From an uncultured Candidatus Saccharibacteria bacterium (GTDB taxonomy: Bacteria > Patescibacteriota > Saccharimonadia > Saccharimonadales > SZUA-47), in contig CAYVHE010000003.1 of NCBI GenBank assembly GCA_964451085.1, positions 1 through 34,222 on the forward strand: 34,222 bases of DNA, given 5' to 3'. The notes under the pieces are model-generated. The model worked only from the letters and a program-made list of their open reading frames with translations. It had not been told where the DNA came from and ran no database searches. Made by a program: the position numbers and the translations under genes. This document shows, piece after piece, positions 9,914 to 19,265 of this stretch (position 1 is its first letter; each line of letters begins with the position of its first letter).

Positions 9914-10813
9914 TCATATACTCATATTATTTAGATAGCCAGCTAATAATTCTGCCCCTCTGGCGTTAAATAAATACATGCCGTTAGATATGAAGTAGGA
10001 GATAGCACTAGTATTTATTGAACTAGCAGATTCTGTAACTGGTCTTGAGATGTATGCTCTGGGCATATTTTTAAATAATTTGTGACCTGTCGGGAAATGT
10101 GAAAAACTTCTAGTTTCCTGTCCCTTATCGTCAAAACTCATATTTCTGTAGGCAAGAGGAATTTCGTGTATCTCGGCATATTTTGCTACGCATATCGATG
10201 CAAAATGAGCAAAAGCAGATACAACCTTTTGGGGGTTATTCACTCTATTTTGGGCTTCATCGTAACTTTCTCCAGACATCTCTGCAACAAAAATGGTTGC
10301 AAAACTTAATAGCGATTCTAGTCTATACATAATATTGTCATCACTGTAGTTTAACAACTCAGGCTTAATGATCTTTTTTTTAATCTCTACATTGTCCCAG
10401 TCAATACCGTAGGCCGGGTCGTAGGGAGCATAAAAATCTAAAACTGGTAATTTATCAATTTTCCTGAAAGACATCTTTCTCGTTTTGGGTGCTTTCCATT
10501 CCGGTGGCTGAAAGTTGGCGTTTTTAGATTTTGCTAAATGTAATAAGAGAGTACGTATTCCTGTTCCATTCGGGTCTAAAGCGCATGTATCTACAATTGC
10601 CGTGTGGCCAAGCGTTTCCAATTTTGTATTTTTGGTGACAAACATAGCATCCTCGGCTATGGCTGTGTGCAAATCATCTACAGCAAAGCCGATAGATTCT
10701 GCCTCTCCTAGTTCTCGCTGTAAAAGGTACGATTTTAAAAAACCACAGTCTATCGCGGGGTCCGTGCTATTAATCTCCCACGTCGAAACTGGTTTTAAGT
10801 CAGTCATTACCAT
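9914..10813 (-). CDS. Degenerate RNB (RNase II/R catalytic) domain protein
   Basis: Colinear remnants of RNB motifs: EINSTDPAIDCGF, LHTAIAED, ASICVAKY...IPLAYRN, SFSHFPTGH...AYISRPV...IN. Start at 10813 or 10807. Confidence 0.6.
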   Translation of the reverse strand: MVMTDLKPVSTWEINSTDPAIDCGFLKSYLLQRELGEAESIGFAVDDLHTAIAEDAMFVTKNTKLETLGHTAIVDTCALDPNGTGIRTLLLHLAKSKNANFQPPEWKAPKTRKMSFRKIDKLPVLDFYAPYDPAYGIDWDNVEIKKKIIKPELLNYSDDNIMYRLESLLSFATIFVAEMSGESYDEAQNRVNNPQKVVSAFAHFASICVAKYAEIHEIPLAYRNMSFDDKGQETRSFSHFPTGHKLFKNMPRAYISRPVTESASSINTSAISYFISNGMYLFNARGAELLAGYLNNMSI

Positions 10814-10913
10814 TATGATAATGTTTTTGGTTATTATTTGCTAATAAATAATATGACAAACAATAATTACGTCCAATTTGTGGTACATTTATATGTATTG
10901 GAGATAAATTTTA

Positions 10914-11489
10914 ATGAGAGATAGAATTAAAGACAAAATTGAATCTAAGAAAAATATGTCGCATTCCGCAAAGCTAAACTGGATTAGGGCGGCCGTACTA
11001 GGTGCAAACGACGGGATAGTATCCATCGCTGGTTTGTTGGCTGGAGTTTCCGGCGCTACAACTGACAGACAGACAATTCTAGTTGCCGGTGTTGCTGGTA
11101 TTTTAGCGGGAGCATTGTCTATGGCAGCTGGCGAGTATGTGTCTGTTAGCACACAACGTGATGCCGAGATAGAGCATATTAAGAAAAATCAAAAAGTTGA
11201 GCATGACGATGATGAATTTACCAATCCTTGGGACGCGGCCCTGGCCTCGTCTTTGTCGTTTTTTGCTGGGGCTATGATTCCGATGACTGCCATTTTGGTG
11301 TCTTCCACTAGCACAAGACTAGTTACATTATTCGTATCAGTACCGTTTGCCTTAACTCTTAATGGCTACTTAAGCGCTAAGGTAACCAAGGCATCAACCA
11401 GGAAAGCTATTATCAGAATGATAATTGGTGGGCTGATTGCAATGATAGGAACATACCTAGCAGGTAGACTCTTTTCAATAAACGTATAA
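10914..11489 (+). CDS. VIT1/CCC1 family Fe/Mn transporter
   Basis: LNWIRAAVLGANDGIVS, AGALSMAAGEYVSV, NPWDAALAS; five TM segments. Confidence 0.93.
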   Translation: MRDRIKDKIESKKNMSHSAKLNWIRAAVLGANDGIVSIAGLLAGVSGATTDRQTILVAGVAGILAGALSMAAGEYVSVSTQRDAEIEHIKKNQKVEHDDDEFTNPWDAALASSLSFFAGAMIPMTAILVSSTSTRLVTLFVSVPFALTLNGYLSAKVTKASTRKAIIRMIIGGLIAMIGTYLAGRLFSINV

Positions 11490-11580
11490 ATTTTCTGTTA
11501 TCTTTCACTTAGTTTCAGAATAAATATCTGCTGCCTCGTGTTACGATAAATACATTAGAGGTTTACACCTAGGAGGATTC

Positions 11581-12318
11581 ATGGGTAAAGAAAAAAAAGT
11601 TATAGCAACAATGAAAAATGCTGTAAAAATTTACGGTAAAGGTGACACAGAAATTCATGCTCTAAGTGGTGTAAACGTTGATGTTATGAGTGGCGAGTTT
11701 ACCGCGATTATGGGTCCTTCTGGATCTGGAAAATCTACTTTATTGCAATGTCTGGCTGGTTTGGACACTCTAACTAGCGGAGAAGTAAAGATTTCTGGTA
11801 AAAGCTTGTCAAATATTAAGGACAAGACCCTGACAATGTTAAGGCGAGTGAATGTTGGTTTTATTTTTCAAGCCTTTAACCTAGTCCCTACCCTAAATGC
11901 TAGTGAAAATATTCTGCTGCCCTTAACAATTGCGAAAAAATCTGTAGATAAAGATTGGTATGATAAGGTTGTTTCAATACTTCGTATCGAGAAACGCTTA
12001 AATCATACGCCTACAGAACTATCTGGTGGACAACAACAACGAGTGGCGGCGGCACGCGCACTCGTATCCAAACCTAAAGTGATTTTTGCGGACGAGCCTA
12101 GCGGTAACCTTGACTCTAAATCAGGGACAGAACTACTTGGTTTTATGCGTAAAGCAGTTGATGACTTTAACCAAGCAATAGTAATGGTAACCCATGACCC
12201 CAATGCTGCAAGTTTTGCGGATAGAGTAATATTTTTAGATGATGGCAAAATAGTTGATGAAATGAAAACTCCTACTACAGTCAAGATTTTGGATAGACTT
12301 AAAAAATTAGGACATTAA
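11581..12318 (+). CDS. ABC transporter ATP-binding protein (LolD/MacB-like)
   Basis: GPSGSGKS, LSGGQQQR, ADEPSGNLD, VTHD; AGGAGG SD. Confidence 0.95.
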   Translation: MGKEKKVIATMKNAVKIYGKGDTEIHALSGVNVDVMSGEFTAIMGPSGSGKSTLLQCLAGLDTLTSGEVKISGKSLSNIKDKTLTMLRRVNVGFIFQAFNLVPTLNASENILLPLTIAKKSVDKDWYDKVVSILRIEKRLNHTPTELSGGQQQRVAAARALVSKPKVIFADEPSGNLDSKSGTELLGFMRKAVDDFNQAIVMVTHDPNAASFADRVIFLDDGKIVDEMKTPTTVKILDRLKKLGH

Positions 12319-12333
12319 GGAGAGCAAGTTTAT

Positions 12334-14892
12334 ATGCTTAAAATAGCGCTCAAAAGCCTGTTAGGCCATAAACTGAGGATGCTTCTTACGATGACGTCTA
12401 TTGTAATTGGTGTTAGTTTCGTAGCTGGCACGTATGTTTTCACTGATAGCATGAGAAGTACTTTTGATGGGATTTTTGATCAAGTATATTCTTCTATTGA
12501 CCTGACTGTTCGGCCAAAATCAGACAGTAGCGGCCTAGGCGCACCGACTAGCTCATCTACTCTGCCTCAAGAATTATTAGAAAAGATTAAAGCCATTGAA
12601 GGTATTAAGGTTATAGAACCGGAAATCATTGGTAATGCTCATATCATAGATAAAGATAATAATGTTGTAGGTAGTCAAGGAGCTCCTTCTAGGGGTTTTT
12701 CTTGGATTAGTACTAAATCCCTTAACCCATTAATAATTAAGGACGGCGACGGTAGACCCCCACAAAAAGCCGGGGAAGTCGTGATAGATACCAACACTGC
12801 AGAAACACAAAACGTGCACATTGGCGATAAGGTTAGGATTCTAACAAACTTCCCAGTAGAAGATTTTACTATAGTTGGACTTTCATCATTCGGGGAGGCC
12901 AAAACTCTAGCCGGCGCAACAATAACAGCTTTTTCTTATCAGGAAGCCCAAAGATTATTTGGGATTACAGATGGGTTCTCGCAGGTAAGCATGAAAGCTA
13001 TAGATGGTGTCTCTCCAGACCAGCTTAAAGAAAAAGTTGATAAGATTTTACCTTCAAGTGTAGAGTCTGTTACAGGTGATCAACAACGACAAGAATCAAC
13101 AGATAAGCTTAATCAAGGACTAGGTTTTATAACAACTGCACTATTGGCTTTTGCAGGCGTATCAGTATTTGTAGGCTCTTTTATAATACAAAATACTTTT
13201 AGAATAATTGTAGCTCAAAGGTCTAAAGAATTAGCTTTGTTTAGAGCAGTTGGTGCTACCCGAAAACAGGTTGTTAAGATGGTTGTTTATGAGGCAATGA
13301 TTATAGCTGCATTTTCATCAGCTATTGGAATAGTTGTAGGAGTTGGAATCTCTTACGCATTGAGAGGCATAAGTAACGCCTTGGGCTTTGGTTTGCCAAC
13401 TGGTAGTCTTACTCTACAGCCTAGAACAATAGCAGTGGCTTTTAGTGTCGGTATAGTAATAACAGCTCTGTCGGCATTACTCCCAGCTATTAAAGCCTCC
13501 AGGGTGTCGCCCGTTGAGGCTATGAACGACAACGAACAAGTAGCCACGCAAAAGTCATTAAAGAATAGATCACTAATAGGAGCTGTAGTTAGTGCACTGG
13601 GTGTAGCCTTAATTATAGTTGGACTACTTGTTCATATATCAAACGCAGTAGCATACGTCGGTGTTGGTGCTGCGGTTGTTTTTCTTGGAGTTTCTATAGC
13701 AGCGCCGTTATTTACAAGCCCACTAGCGAATTTAATGGGGTTCTTTATCTTAAAAAGATATGGTGTAATTGGCAGAATTGCGAGGGAGAATACCAAGAAA
13801 ACGCCCAGGCGTACAGCTTCAACAGCTGCTGCCTTAATGATAGGTGTATCCTTGGTGGTTTTTGTATCAATCTTTGCTTCATCCGTCAAGCTTACGGTAA
13901 ACCAAGTTATTGCAGATTACTTCCCTGGTGATTTAACCGTTATTTCTAAATTGTCCCAAACTAACCCTATTGGTGCGACTTTCCCTGGAGCTGTGGTTGA
14001 CGAAATCGCTGCACTGCCAGAGGTGGACTTAATTTCAAGAATAAAATATGATTTTGCTTCGGTTGAAGGTAAAAAACAGATAATTGCAGCTATTGAGCCA
14101 GCTAGTTTTAATAAAGTGATAACAATTCACCCGTTAGATGACTCCTATGACAAGCTAGGGCTTAATGACGTTTATGTAAAAGATGACGTGCTAGAGAAGT
14201 TAGACAAGAATATTGGTGATAGTATAGAGTTTGAATTTGCTAAGACTGGCGTTAAAAAGATTACTGTCACAGGAACTTTTAAAGATACCTTTGATTCACC
14301 ATATATGATTTCTGAGCAGACTTATTTTGAGAATTATGATAACACACAGGATCTATATGCGGTAGCAAACATAGATAAATCCATAGACTTTCAAAAAGGT
14401 AAAGAAGCCGTCAATAAAGTCTTAGAGAGATATCCAATTGTTCAGTCGCAGGATAAAGACGAACTGGTAGCCCAAACTAGGCAGCAAATTGACCAATTAC
14501 TTGGTTTAATGGGAGCCTTACTGGGCTTTGCAGTTATTATTGCTGTACTGGGTATAACCAACACTCTAACCTTATCGGTAACTGAGAGAACAAGAGAAAT
14601 TGGCATGCTTAGGGCTATTGGTATGACAAGAGCACAAGTACGAAAAATGATTCGTGCTGAAGCCATAATTATCGCAGTATTTGGTGCAATATTAGGTGTG
14701 ATAACGGGCGCTTTCTTCGGGTGGGTAATTATACGGGCATTAAGAGAAACTGGTTTTACCTCGTTCTCTATTCCTACTCTTCAAGTTACGGTTTATTTAA
14801 TAGTATCGGCGTTTGCAGGGGTATTCGCTGCAATATTCCCCTCCTATAAGGCTTCAAAAATGAATATCTTAGATGCAATAAACTACGAGTAG
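12334..14892 (+). CDS. ABC transporter permease, duplicated MacB/FtsX-type
   Basis: 852 aa; two FtsX repeats (QRSKELALFRAVGAT, ERTREIGMLRAIGMT); follows the ATPase gene. Confidence 0.93.
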   Translation: MLKIALKSLLGHKLRMLLTMTSIVIGVSFVAGTYVFTDSMRSTFDGIFDQVYSSIDLTVRPKSDSSGLGAPTSSSTLPQELLEKIKAIEGIKVIEPEIIGNAHIIDKDNNVVGSQGAPSRGFSWISTKSLNPLIIKDGDGRPPQKAGEVVIDTNTAETQNVHIGDKVRILTNFPVEDFTIVGLSSFGEAKTLAGATITAFSYQEAQRLFGITDGFSQVSMKAIDGVSPDQLKEKVDKILPSSVESVTGDQQRQESTDKLNQGLGFITTALLAFAGVSVFVGSFIIQNTFRIIVAQRSKELALFRAVGATRKQVVKMVVYEAMIIAAFSSAIGIVVGVGISYALRGISNALGFGLPTGSLTLQPRTIAVAFSVGIVITALSALLPAIKASRVSPVEAMNDNEQVATQKSLKNRSLIGAVVSALGVALIIVGLLVHISNAVAYVGVGAAVVFLGVSIAAPLFTSPLANLMGFFILKRYGVIGRIARENTKKTPRRTASTAAALMIGVSLVVFVSIFASSVKLTVNQVIADYFPGDLTVISKLSQTNPIGATFPGAVVDEIAALPEVDLISRIKYDFASVEGKKQIIAAIEPASFNKVITIHPLDDSYDKLGLNDVYVKDDVLEKLDKNIGDSIEFEFAKTGVKKITVTGTFKDTFDSPYMISEQTYFENYDNTQDLYAVANIDKSIDFQKGKEAVNKVLERYPIVQSQDKDELVAQTRQQIDQLLGLMGALLGFAVIIAVLGITNTLTLSVTERTREIGMLRAIGMTRAQVRKMIRAEAIIIAVFGAILGVITGAFFGWVIIRALRETGFTSFSIPTLQVTVYLIVSAFAGVFAAIFPSYKASKMNILDAINYE

Positions 14893-14899
14893 GTAGACT

Positions 14900-15271
14900 T
14901 TATTTTGATTTTTTAGCTTTGTGAATATCGGAATGGTTTAGTCCATAAAAATGGGCTACTTCATGCCAGACGGTTTCATAAACTTGTTTTTTTAAGCTAA
15001 CTAGATCCGAGAACATTGTTGCCATGGGAGAATAAAATATTGTAATAACATCTGGAAGAACAGAATATGTTGCTCCACTCCGCTGTGTTAGAGGCACCCC
15101 TTCATATAAACCAAACAAAGCATCGCAGTCTCTTAATCCTAGTTTTTTACGTTGCGATGGTGTTGGTTGATCTTCTACCCTAAATACTACATTTTTTAGT
15201 TTTTCTTGGTAAATTTCAGGTATGTGCTTAATCGCTTTATGTACTATATTTTCAAATTCGTGTATATCCAT
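14900..15271 (-). CDS. Zincin-like metallopeptidase (minimal zincin)
   Basis: LFGLYEGVP, PDVITIF, TVWHEVAHFYG (HExxH). Start moved to the ATG at 15271 (MDIHEFE), which avoids overlap with the divergent gene and follows a TATACT -10. Confidence 0.88.
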   Translation of the reverse strand: MDIHEFENIVHKAIKHIPEIYQEKLKNVVFRVEDQPTPSQRKKLGLRDCDALFGLYEGVPLTQRSGATYSVLPDVITIFYSPMATMFSDLVSLKKQVYETVWHEVAHFYGLNHSDIHKAKKSK

Positions 15272-15313
15272 GTCGTTTAAGTATACAGGTTTCATGGGGT
15301 ATAATTTTAGATA

Positions 15314-16168
15314 ATGCGTATAGTAGAACCACAAAGAATAAAGGAAGATACTAAACCTGTAAAAAAACTCCTTTTCCGCAGGATAAAGTTGTACATTCTA
15401 TTATTAATAATTGTGATGGGATCTGCACTTTTGCTTGGGCAAAGAAGAGTCGACAGTCCTTCTCAGGATATTATCATAGACAATAAATTTGATTTAGGTA
15501 TAGAACCCCAACCACCTAAAGGAACTATAAGAACCTTTACGGGGAACGAGATGCGTATTTTATACGACAATTTACTTCAGAAAAATGTGCTGACCCTGGC
15601 TACCTCGCCTTCAGTATCTGGCAATAGTATAGCCGATGCAAGAATTAGAGAAATAGCTACAACAAGAGGTTACAAGCTGCGTAGAGTGGCTAATGTTACG
15701 TTACCACTTGTTGATGGTTATCCTTTGCAGCTAGTTGTTCATCAGCCTTGGTTAGATTTGAAAGCTGCCGCCAAAAAAGAAGGCATTGTATTGAGCATTG
15801 TATCTGCTTACCGGTCAGTTGATACACAACGGAGCTTATTTCTTAGTAGATTATCCGCACAAGGTGTAGCTATTGACGATGTTGCCGCTGGTAAAGCTGA
15901 TAAACAAGTAGATGCAGTTTTAATAACCTCATCTATTCCAGGATACTCAAAGCATCATAGCGGTTACACTATGGATTGGAAGTGTGCAGGGTTTGCTTTT
16001 GAAGATTTCAAAAACTCTGGATGCTATACCTGGTTGTCTGCAAACAATTATCAACACGCTAAGGAGTTTGGCTTTTTGCCAAGTTACCCTGTGGACGCTG
16101 ATTCTCAAGGACCAGACCCAGAAGCATGGGAATATGTATACGTCGGCAAAGAAGTGCTCGTATACTAG
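15314..16168 (+). CDS. D-Ala-D-Ala carboxypeptidase, M15B/VanY-like, membrane-anchored
   Basis: SAYRS, PGYSKHHSGYTMD, EAWEY (last His ligand of the usual ExWH motif is replaced by E); N-terminal TM helix. Confidence 0.85.
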   Translation: MRIVEPQRIKEDTKPVKKLLFRRIKLYILLLIIVMGSALLLGQRRVDSPSQDIIIDNKFDLGIEPQPPKGTIRTFTGNEMRILYDNLLQKNVLTLATSPSVSGNSIADARIREIATTRGYKLRRVANVTLPLVDGYPLQLVVHQPWLDLKAAAKKEGIVLSIVSAYRSVDTQRSLFLSRLSAQGVAIDDVAAGKADKQVDAVLITSSIPGYSKHHSGYTMDWKCAGFAFEDFKNSGCYTWLSANNYQHAKEFGFLPSYPVDADSQGPDPEAWEYVYVGKEVLVY

Positions 16169-16234
16169 GGGCTTTAAGCTTGCTACTGAGAGGATTTTAA
16201 GTTAAAGTTTAATTATATATAAAGAGTTAAAAAA

Positions 16235-17185
16235 ATGAACATCAACGACCCGATATTGATACCTATGCAAAAATTTATAAAACCACTAAATATTAATGGT
16301 TTGAATGGGCGTATGTTGCGGCTGAAGGCTACTAAACCTAAGAGAAAAAGCAACAGACATATATTAATGATATATGGCCATCATTCAAATTTAGAGCGCA
16401 TGTTTGGCGTCTCTGAGGTATTACAGGATTTTGGGACTGTTACTGTACCGGACTTACCAGGGTTTGGTGGTATGGACAGCTTTTATAAAATCGGGCTCAA
16501 GCCAAATATGGATAATATGGCAGATTATCTGGCAACGTTTATAAAACTTAGGTATAAAGGCAAGAAAATCACAATAGTTGGTATGTCATTAGGTTTCGCG
16601 ATTGTTACAAGGATGTTACAAAGATATCCAGATATAGCTAAAAAAACTGATTTATTGATAAGTATTGTTGGATTTACCCATAAACAAGACTTTGTTTTAT
16701 CTAAGAAGCGGATCTCTTTTTATAGGAATGCTGGACGCTTTTTTGCGCACAAACTTACTAGCTCTTTTTTCTATCACGTTGCTCTGAATCCTTCATTGTT
16801 GAGGTTTGCGTATTCTAAAACTCACAATGCTAAAAATAAGTTTGAAAAATTGTCCGAGTTTGACAATAAATCAGCTACAGAGTTTGAGATTAAGTTATGG
16901 CGCGAGAACGATGTACGTACTTATATGCGTATGACGACAGGAATGATGAACCTGGATAACTGCGGTCAACAAATTGACTTGGACGTTCATCATATTTCGG
17001 TAGACAAGGACAGGTACTTTGATTTTCAGGTTGTAGAGCAGCACATGCGCGTAATTTTTAACGATTTTACGGAACATAGGGCATTTTTGGATAATCACGC
17101 GCCTAGCATTTTAGCTACCAAGGAAGACGCCTCACCACTAGTACCAGATAGCATTAAGAAGATCTTAAGGAAAAAAACTAAATGA
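16235..17185 (+). CDS. Alpha/beta hydrolase
   Basis: YGHH oxyanion region, PDLPGFG, nucleophile elbow GMSLG, candidate Asp (DKD) and His (NHAP). Confidence 0.88.
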   Translation: MNINDPILIPMQKFIKPLNINGLNGRMLRLKATKPKRKSNRHILMIYGHHSNLERMFGVSEVLQDFGTVTVPDLPGFGGMDSFYKIGLKPNMDNMADYLATFIKLRYKGKKITIVGMSLGFAIVTRMLQRYPDIAKKTDLLISIVGFTHKQDFVLSKKRISFYRNAGRFFAHKLTSSFFYHVALNPSLLRFAYSKTHNAKNKFEKLSEFDNKSATEFEIKLWRENDVRTYMRMTTGMMNLDNCGQQIDLDVHHISVDKDRYFDFQVVEQHMRVIFNDFTEHRAFLDNHAPSILATKEDASPLVPDSIKKILRKKTK

Positions 17186-18294
17186 AAATTGCAATATTTA
17201 CTCCGTATAACATTTTCAAGTCGGGTGGAGTCCAAGAGCACGTTCAAAATCAAGCCAGAGTTTTAAGAAAAAGAGGTCATAACGTAACGATCCTTACCCC
17301 AAAGCCTCGAGGTAGAAAGGTATTTGAGGCTCCAGAAGGAGTAATATTTCTAGGTAGGTCAGCAAGAATTAAAACACCAGGAGCTACGAGCGCCGACGTG
17401 TCCGCTGCGCTAGACACAGATGCACTTTCTGCAGAGATTAAGAAAGAATATGACATAATTCACGTTCATGAACCGCTGGTACCAATTGCAGCCCGGCAAA
17501 TTCTATCTTACTTTGAAGGCTCGGCTTTAAGGGTAGGAACATTCCATGCCGCATTACCCGGTAATACCTTAGGTAAATCGCTTATAACGACTTATAAAAC
17601 GTACGCTAGATCGGTCTTGCCATACGTTGATGCTATTACTGCTGTATCCCCTGCGGCTATAGGCTATATAGATAAATATACTGACCTACCTATTACATAT
17701 ATCCCGAATGGCATCCAGAGAAAAATGTATAAAGCCAGGGACGTAAAAAGAGACCCTAACCTTGTGCTATTTATCGGACGAATTGAAAAAAGAAAAGGTG
17801 CCAGACAGGTTATAAAGGCGTTTATTGAGTTGAAAAAATTAAAACCTGATTCAATTCTAAAAATTGCCGGCGAAGGTCCTTTGAGAAAATCTTTGGAGCA
17901 GTATGTCAGGGATAGAAGTGTTGAAGATGTTGAATTCCTAGGTTTTATAGATGATGAAACAAAGCTTGATTTGTTAAGTAAATGTAGCATTTATACCTCC
18001 CCTGCTCTTTATGGTGAAAGTTTTGGGATCGTCTTAGCAGAAGCTATGTCTATGCAAGCACCAATAGTTGCTCATCATAATCCTGGATATTGTTGGGTGC
18101 TAAAAGACACTGGTAGATTATCTCTTGTAGACTGCACCGACTCTGTGGCGTACGCCAGAAGAATGCAACTTTTAATGGAAGACAAAGATTTACGTGAATT
18201 GTGGCAAAAATGGGCTAAAGAAAACGTCAAACAGTATGATTATGAAAAAATAGTTGACGATTACGAAAAACTATATAAGACTCATCTAGCCTAA
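17182..18294 (+). CDS. GT4 glycosyltransferase (PimA-like)
   Basis: GGVQEHV, HVHEP, GTFH, FIGRIEKRKG, GESFGIVLAEAM. Confidence 0.92.
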   Translation: MKIAIFTPYNIFKSGGVQEHVQNQARVLRKRGHNVTILTPKPRGRKVFEAPEGVIFLGRSARIKTPGATSADVSAALDTDALSAEIKKEYDIIHVHEPLVPIAARQILSYFEGSALRVGTFHAALPGNTLGKSLITTYKTYARSVLPYVDAITAVSPAAIGYIDKYTDLPITYIPNGIQRKMYKARDVKRDPNLVLFIGRIEKRKGARQVIKAFIELKKLKPDSILKIAGEGPLRKSLEQYVRDRSVEDVEFLGFIDDETKLDLLSKCSIYTSPALYGESFGIVLAEAMSMQAPIVAHHNPGYCWVLKDTGRLSLVDCTDSVAYARRMQLLMEDKDLRELWQKWAKENVKQYDYEKIVDDYEKLYKTHLA

Positions 18295-19221
18295 AAAACT
18301 CCAAATATAAGCTCTGAGAACTTCTCTCAGGGCTCCCTCATTAGCATGAGAGGAGGGTACAATCTGCAAGTGGCAGTTATTACCAATTTTGTCAGCTATT
18401 TTATAAGCAGTTCGGGGTGGGCAAACATGGTCATATCTACCATGAATCATAACGATTGGAATATCCTTTAGCTTACTGGAATTTTTGTATATAAAGTTGT
18501 CATCAACAAAACAATTATTTACAAAATAGTGTGCTTCTATAATTGCTAAGGATCTACTGACGTCGTCGTAATCTTTTGTGTTTAGCAATTCTTTCGTGTA
18601 GTCACTATCTATAGACATTGCTGAGCTTTCTAATAATACCCATCTACGGACGTGGTCGTCTTGCTCTTTCTTTGTTCCGTTAAGCATCTTGTCTAGATAA
18701 TATTTTGTTGTGTTTGACCTCATCTCATTAGGCACAATCTTAATATAGTTTTCCCAAGCTTCTGGATAATGAGTTTTTAGACCACCTTGTTGGATATAGT
18801 CCTGTTCAGATTTGGTTCCAGTGAAAATACCTCCAATTAGTATTTTCTCAACATTATCGGGATATGTTACTCCGTAAGCTAGGGCTAGAAAAGAGCCCCA
18901 AGAACCACCAGTAAGTTGAATTTTGTTAAAATTAAGATTTTTCCTTAGTTTTTCAATATCTTCTATCAAATCTTGAGTAGTATTGTGCTCAATTGATGCA
19001 AACGGCGTACTCTGCCCCGCTCCACGTTGATTATGGAAAATTATATGATGTACTTTTGGGTCAAAGTTTATCTTGTAGCCGTCTTTCAGTGCCCCGCCAG
19101 GACCACCGTGCAAGAAAAAGATAGGTTTAGCTGACTTGTTCCCCCATTCTTGGTAGTAGATTTTGTGTCCGTTGCCGACGTCAAGAAAACCCGTTAATAT
19201 GGTGTATTTATCCTCGTTCAT
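18286..19221 (-). CDS. pip: Proline iminopeptidase (S33)
   Basis: GHKIYYQEWGN, LHGGPG, QRGAGQSTP, NTTQDLIEDIE, GGSWGS, IEAHYF, HGRYD. Confidence 0.92.
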   Translation of the reverse strand: MNEDKYTILTGFLDVGNGHKIYYQEWGNKSAKPIFFLHGGPGGALKDGYKINFDPKVHHIIFHNQRGAGQSTPFASIEHNTTQDLIEDIEKLRKNLNFNKIQLTGGSWGSFLALAYGVTYPDNVEKILIGGIFTGTKSEQDYIQQGGLKTHYPEAWENYIKIVPNEMRSNTTKYYLDKMLNGTKKEQDDHVRRWVLLESSAMSIDSDYTKELLNTKDYDDVSRSLAIIEAHYFVNNCFVDDNFIYKNSSKLKDIPIVMIHGRYDHVCPPRTAYKIADKIGNNCHLQIVPSSHANEGALREVLRAYIWSFLG

Positions 19222-19265
19222 GACTTTAACTGTAAACTAATGACCAAAAACTGTAAACTGTAATT

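Noticed and set aside
14900-15334. 144-aa version of the zincin ORF
   Set aside because: It overlaps the divergent peptidase start; family similarity and a -10 box support the start at 15271.
19228-19259. Direct repeat AACTGTAAACT x2 between pip and the GT4 gene
   Set aside because: It is explained by back-to-back -10 elements (TACAGT on minus, TAAACT on plus) and is too short to call an operator.
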